In this document: piece by piece, positions 62,456 to 64,000 of the stretch
How the letters are laid out: each line of letters begins with the position of its first letter
How positions within the stretch are numbered: the stretch's first letter is position 1
Origin: Spizellomyces punctatus DAOM BR117
Taxonomy: Eukaryota
Reading direction: 5' to 3' (one strand)
DNA length: 64,000 nt
Assembly (NCBI GenBank): GCA_000182565.2
Contig: KQ257458.1
Notes under the pieces: model-generated
What the model was told of the DNA's origin: nothing
Database searches by the model: none
What the model saw: only the letters and a program-made list of their open reading frames with translations
Translations under genes and position numbers: made by a program

Positions 62456-63722
62456 ATGGCGAGTAAAGTCGAGGATTCATGGTGCGATTGGAGAGGTAGA
62501 TATGAACTACGGTTATGGTGTGTTTGGCGGATCTGTATCCTGTATCTAATGGCAGCTTGTTATGTGCAGTTCAAATATATCACTGTCACTATTCGAACTT
62601 GTGGCGGATCTTCTTTTGCAGTACGTCTCGCCTTGCTACCCGCCTTTTTTCCCTGAAAACTCATAAACCTTCTCTTCTTTCATAGTCATGTCCACCATGT
62701 GCTTTACTGTCGCCGCTATCGGAATCTACATACTCTACAGAAAAATCTGCGTCAATGGAGGGAGGTTTTTCAATGTCATCGAAGGATGGAAACAGCCAAG
62801 ACCTTTTGAATGTTTTATTTTGTGGATGACTGTCTCTTGTCTGGGGCATGGGATCTACGGGGTGCTGATTTTGGTGGATGTACTGAAGAGCGAGGCAAAC
62901 AAAGAGTTCTGGGTGGGTTTGCAAACGCTTCTTGCTTTATGGGAACATTTGGCACAGGGCTGACGAGCTTTATTATCAACCCGACAGCAAAGCTGGCCCT
63001 GGAACGCCGCGCAAGTGGCAGTCGTCCTCTACTTCTTCGGTATTCTCCATGCGACACCGGCGCTTGATATAAAATCGACGGCAAGCACGGAACCTCAAGC
63101 CCTTCCTTCCTCCCGCACCATGTCCATTCTAACCACCTTATTCACTGCCGTACCCGCCGCGGTCCTCACTCTCCTCAGTGTCCTCTCTGGTTTCGCAAGA
63201 GATCAAAAGTGGACTCATGCCCAAGATGCGCTCTTGATCCTCACCCTCACAGTTTGGGCTCTTGTCTGCATCGCAACGGCTCTGGCAGTCGGATATTCTG
63301 GTAGTAGGCTTATCAACCTGATAAAGTCCGCCATTCCTCTCCTTCCAAGTTCCAGTACACAAATCAGGCTCACCAGAACAGCCCGCAAGGTCTACTTGTT
63401 AACAGGATGGATCGTGATCAAATTGTGCATCTACGCTGCCGCACTGCTGCTTTTTGCCGGTTTTCGGGAACGGATCCTCGAAAACGCCCCATTGTCGATT
63501 TTCCTTGCGGGGTGTTGGTGGTTGTGTCTGCCATCCGGTCTTTTGGTCGTTTTTATAGTGGCGCTGGTCGTGTGAGTATCTAATTCTTCGATTGTGGTTA
63601 ATGCTTTAGATCTAACTGTACTCTTTCCTAGCTCTCATCAGACGCACAGAGTTTCTGATTCATCCTCATCATTCAAGTTTCCGTTCGACATGCAGAGTCA
63701 ACCCGCATCGGATCCATCGTGA
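62456..63722 (+). CDS. Multi-pass (7TM-like) membrane protein, spliced
   Basis: Hydrophobic ORFs 62688..62963 and 63015..63575 linked by GT-AG introns; last exon ends at TGA 63720-63722. Confidence 0.65.
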
Positions 63723-64000
63723 ACGTCATGGTAGCGAGTAACAACCATACTGGGTTGGACTCGGCCATCACATACAAAGCATCCTCCACCATGTTACCAA
63801 CAAATTGCCATCATGGGACAGGGGCATCCGCACCGCCGACTACCCTCAGCGCACATCAAGCGCAAAGTGGGTATACCTGCACACGAAAATGGAAGACCTT
63901 TCCATGTTTTGCCGCTCCTCCCGGCTCCATGATTTCATATATAGTCATTTTTTTTGCTCCTCCTAATCTGACCGATTCTATACAGAATCATAGATGGAGT

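Overview
Eukaryotic window from an intron-rich fungus. The host looks chytrid-like, which is an inference from gene content and short GT-AG introns. There are three zones. (1) 1-~16600 is an intronless, AT-richer, gene-dense endogenous dsDNA virus of the Polinton-like virus (PLV)/virophage type, cut off by the left window edge. It encodes a double-jelly-roll-type major capsid protein, an A32-like packaging ATPase, a penton-like minor capsid protein, a very large fibre gene split by a 100-N gap, the N-terminal part of a probable replicase, a small Arg-rich core-like protein and several orphans. Three viral genes each carry one in-frame TGA. A family of GC-rich mini-hairpin modules is scattered through its genes in several reading frames. 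It also has an iteron-like repeat array and giant-virus-like promoter and hairpin signals. (2) ~16600-17700 is a CpG-eroded Gypsy-like LTR remnant, with a polypurine tract on one side of the LTR and a primer-binding site on the other. (3) ~18800-64000 holds about 20 ordinary spliced host genes and one tRNA-Ala(AGC). All calls come from reading motifs by eye; no database searches were run, and exon boundaries are approximate.
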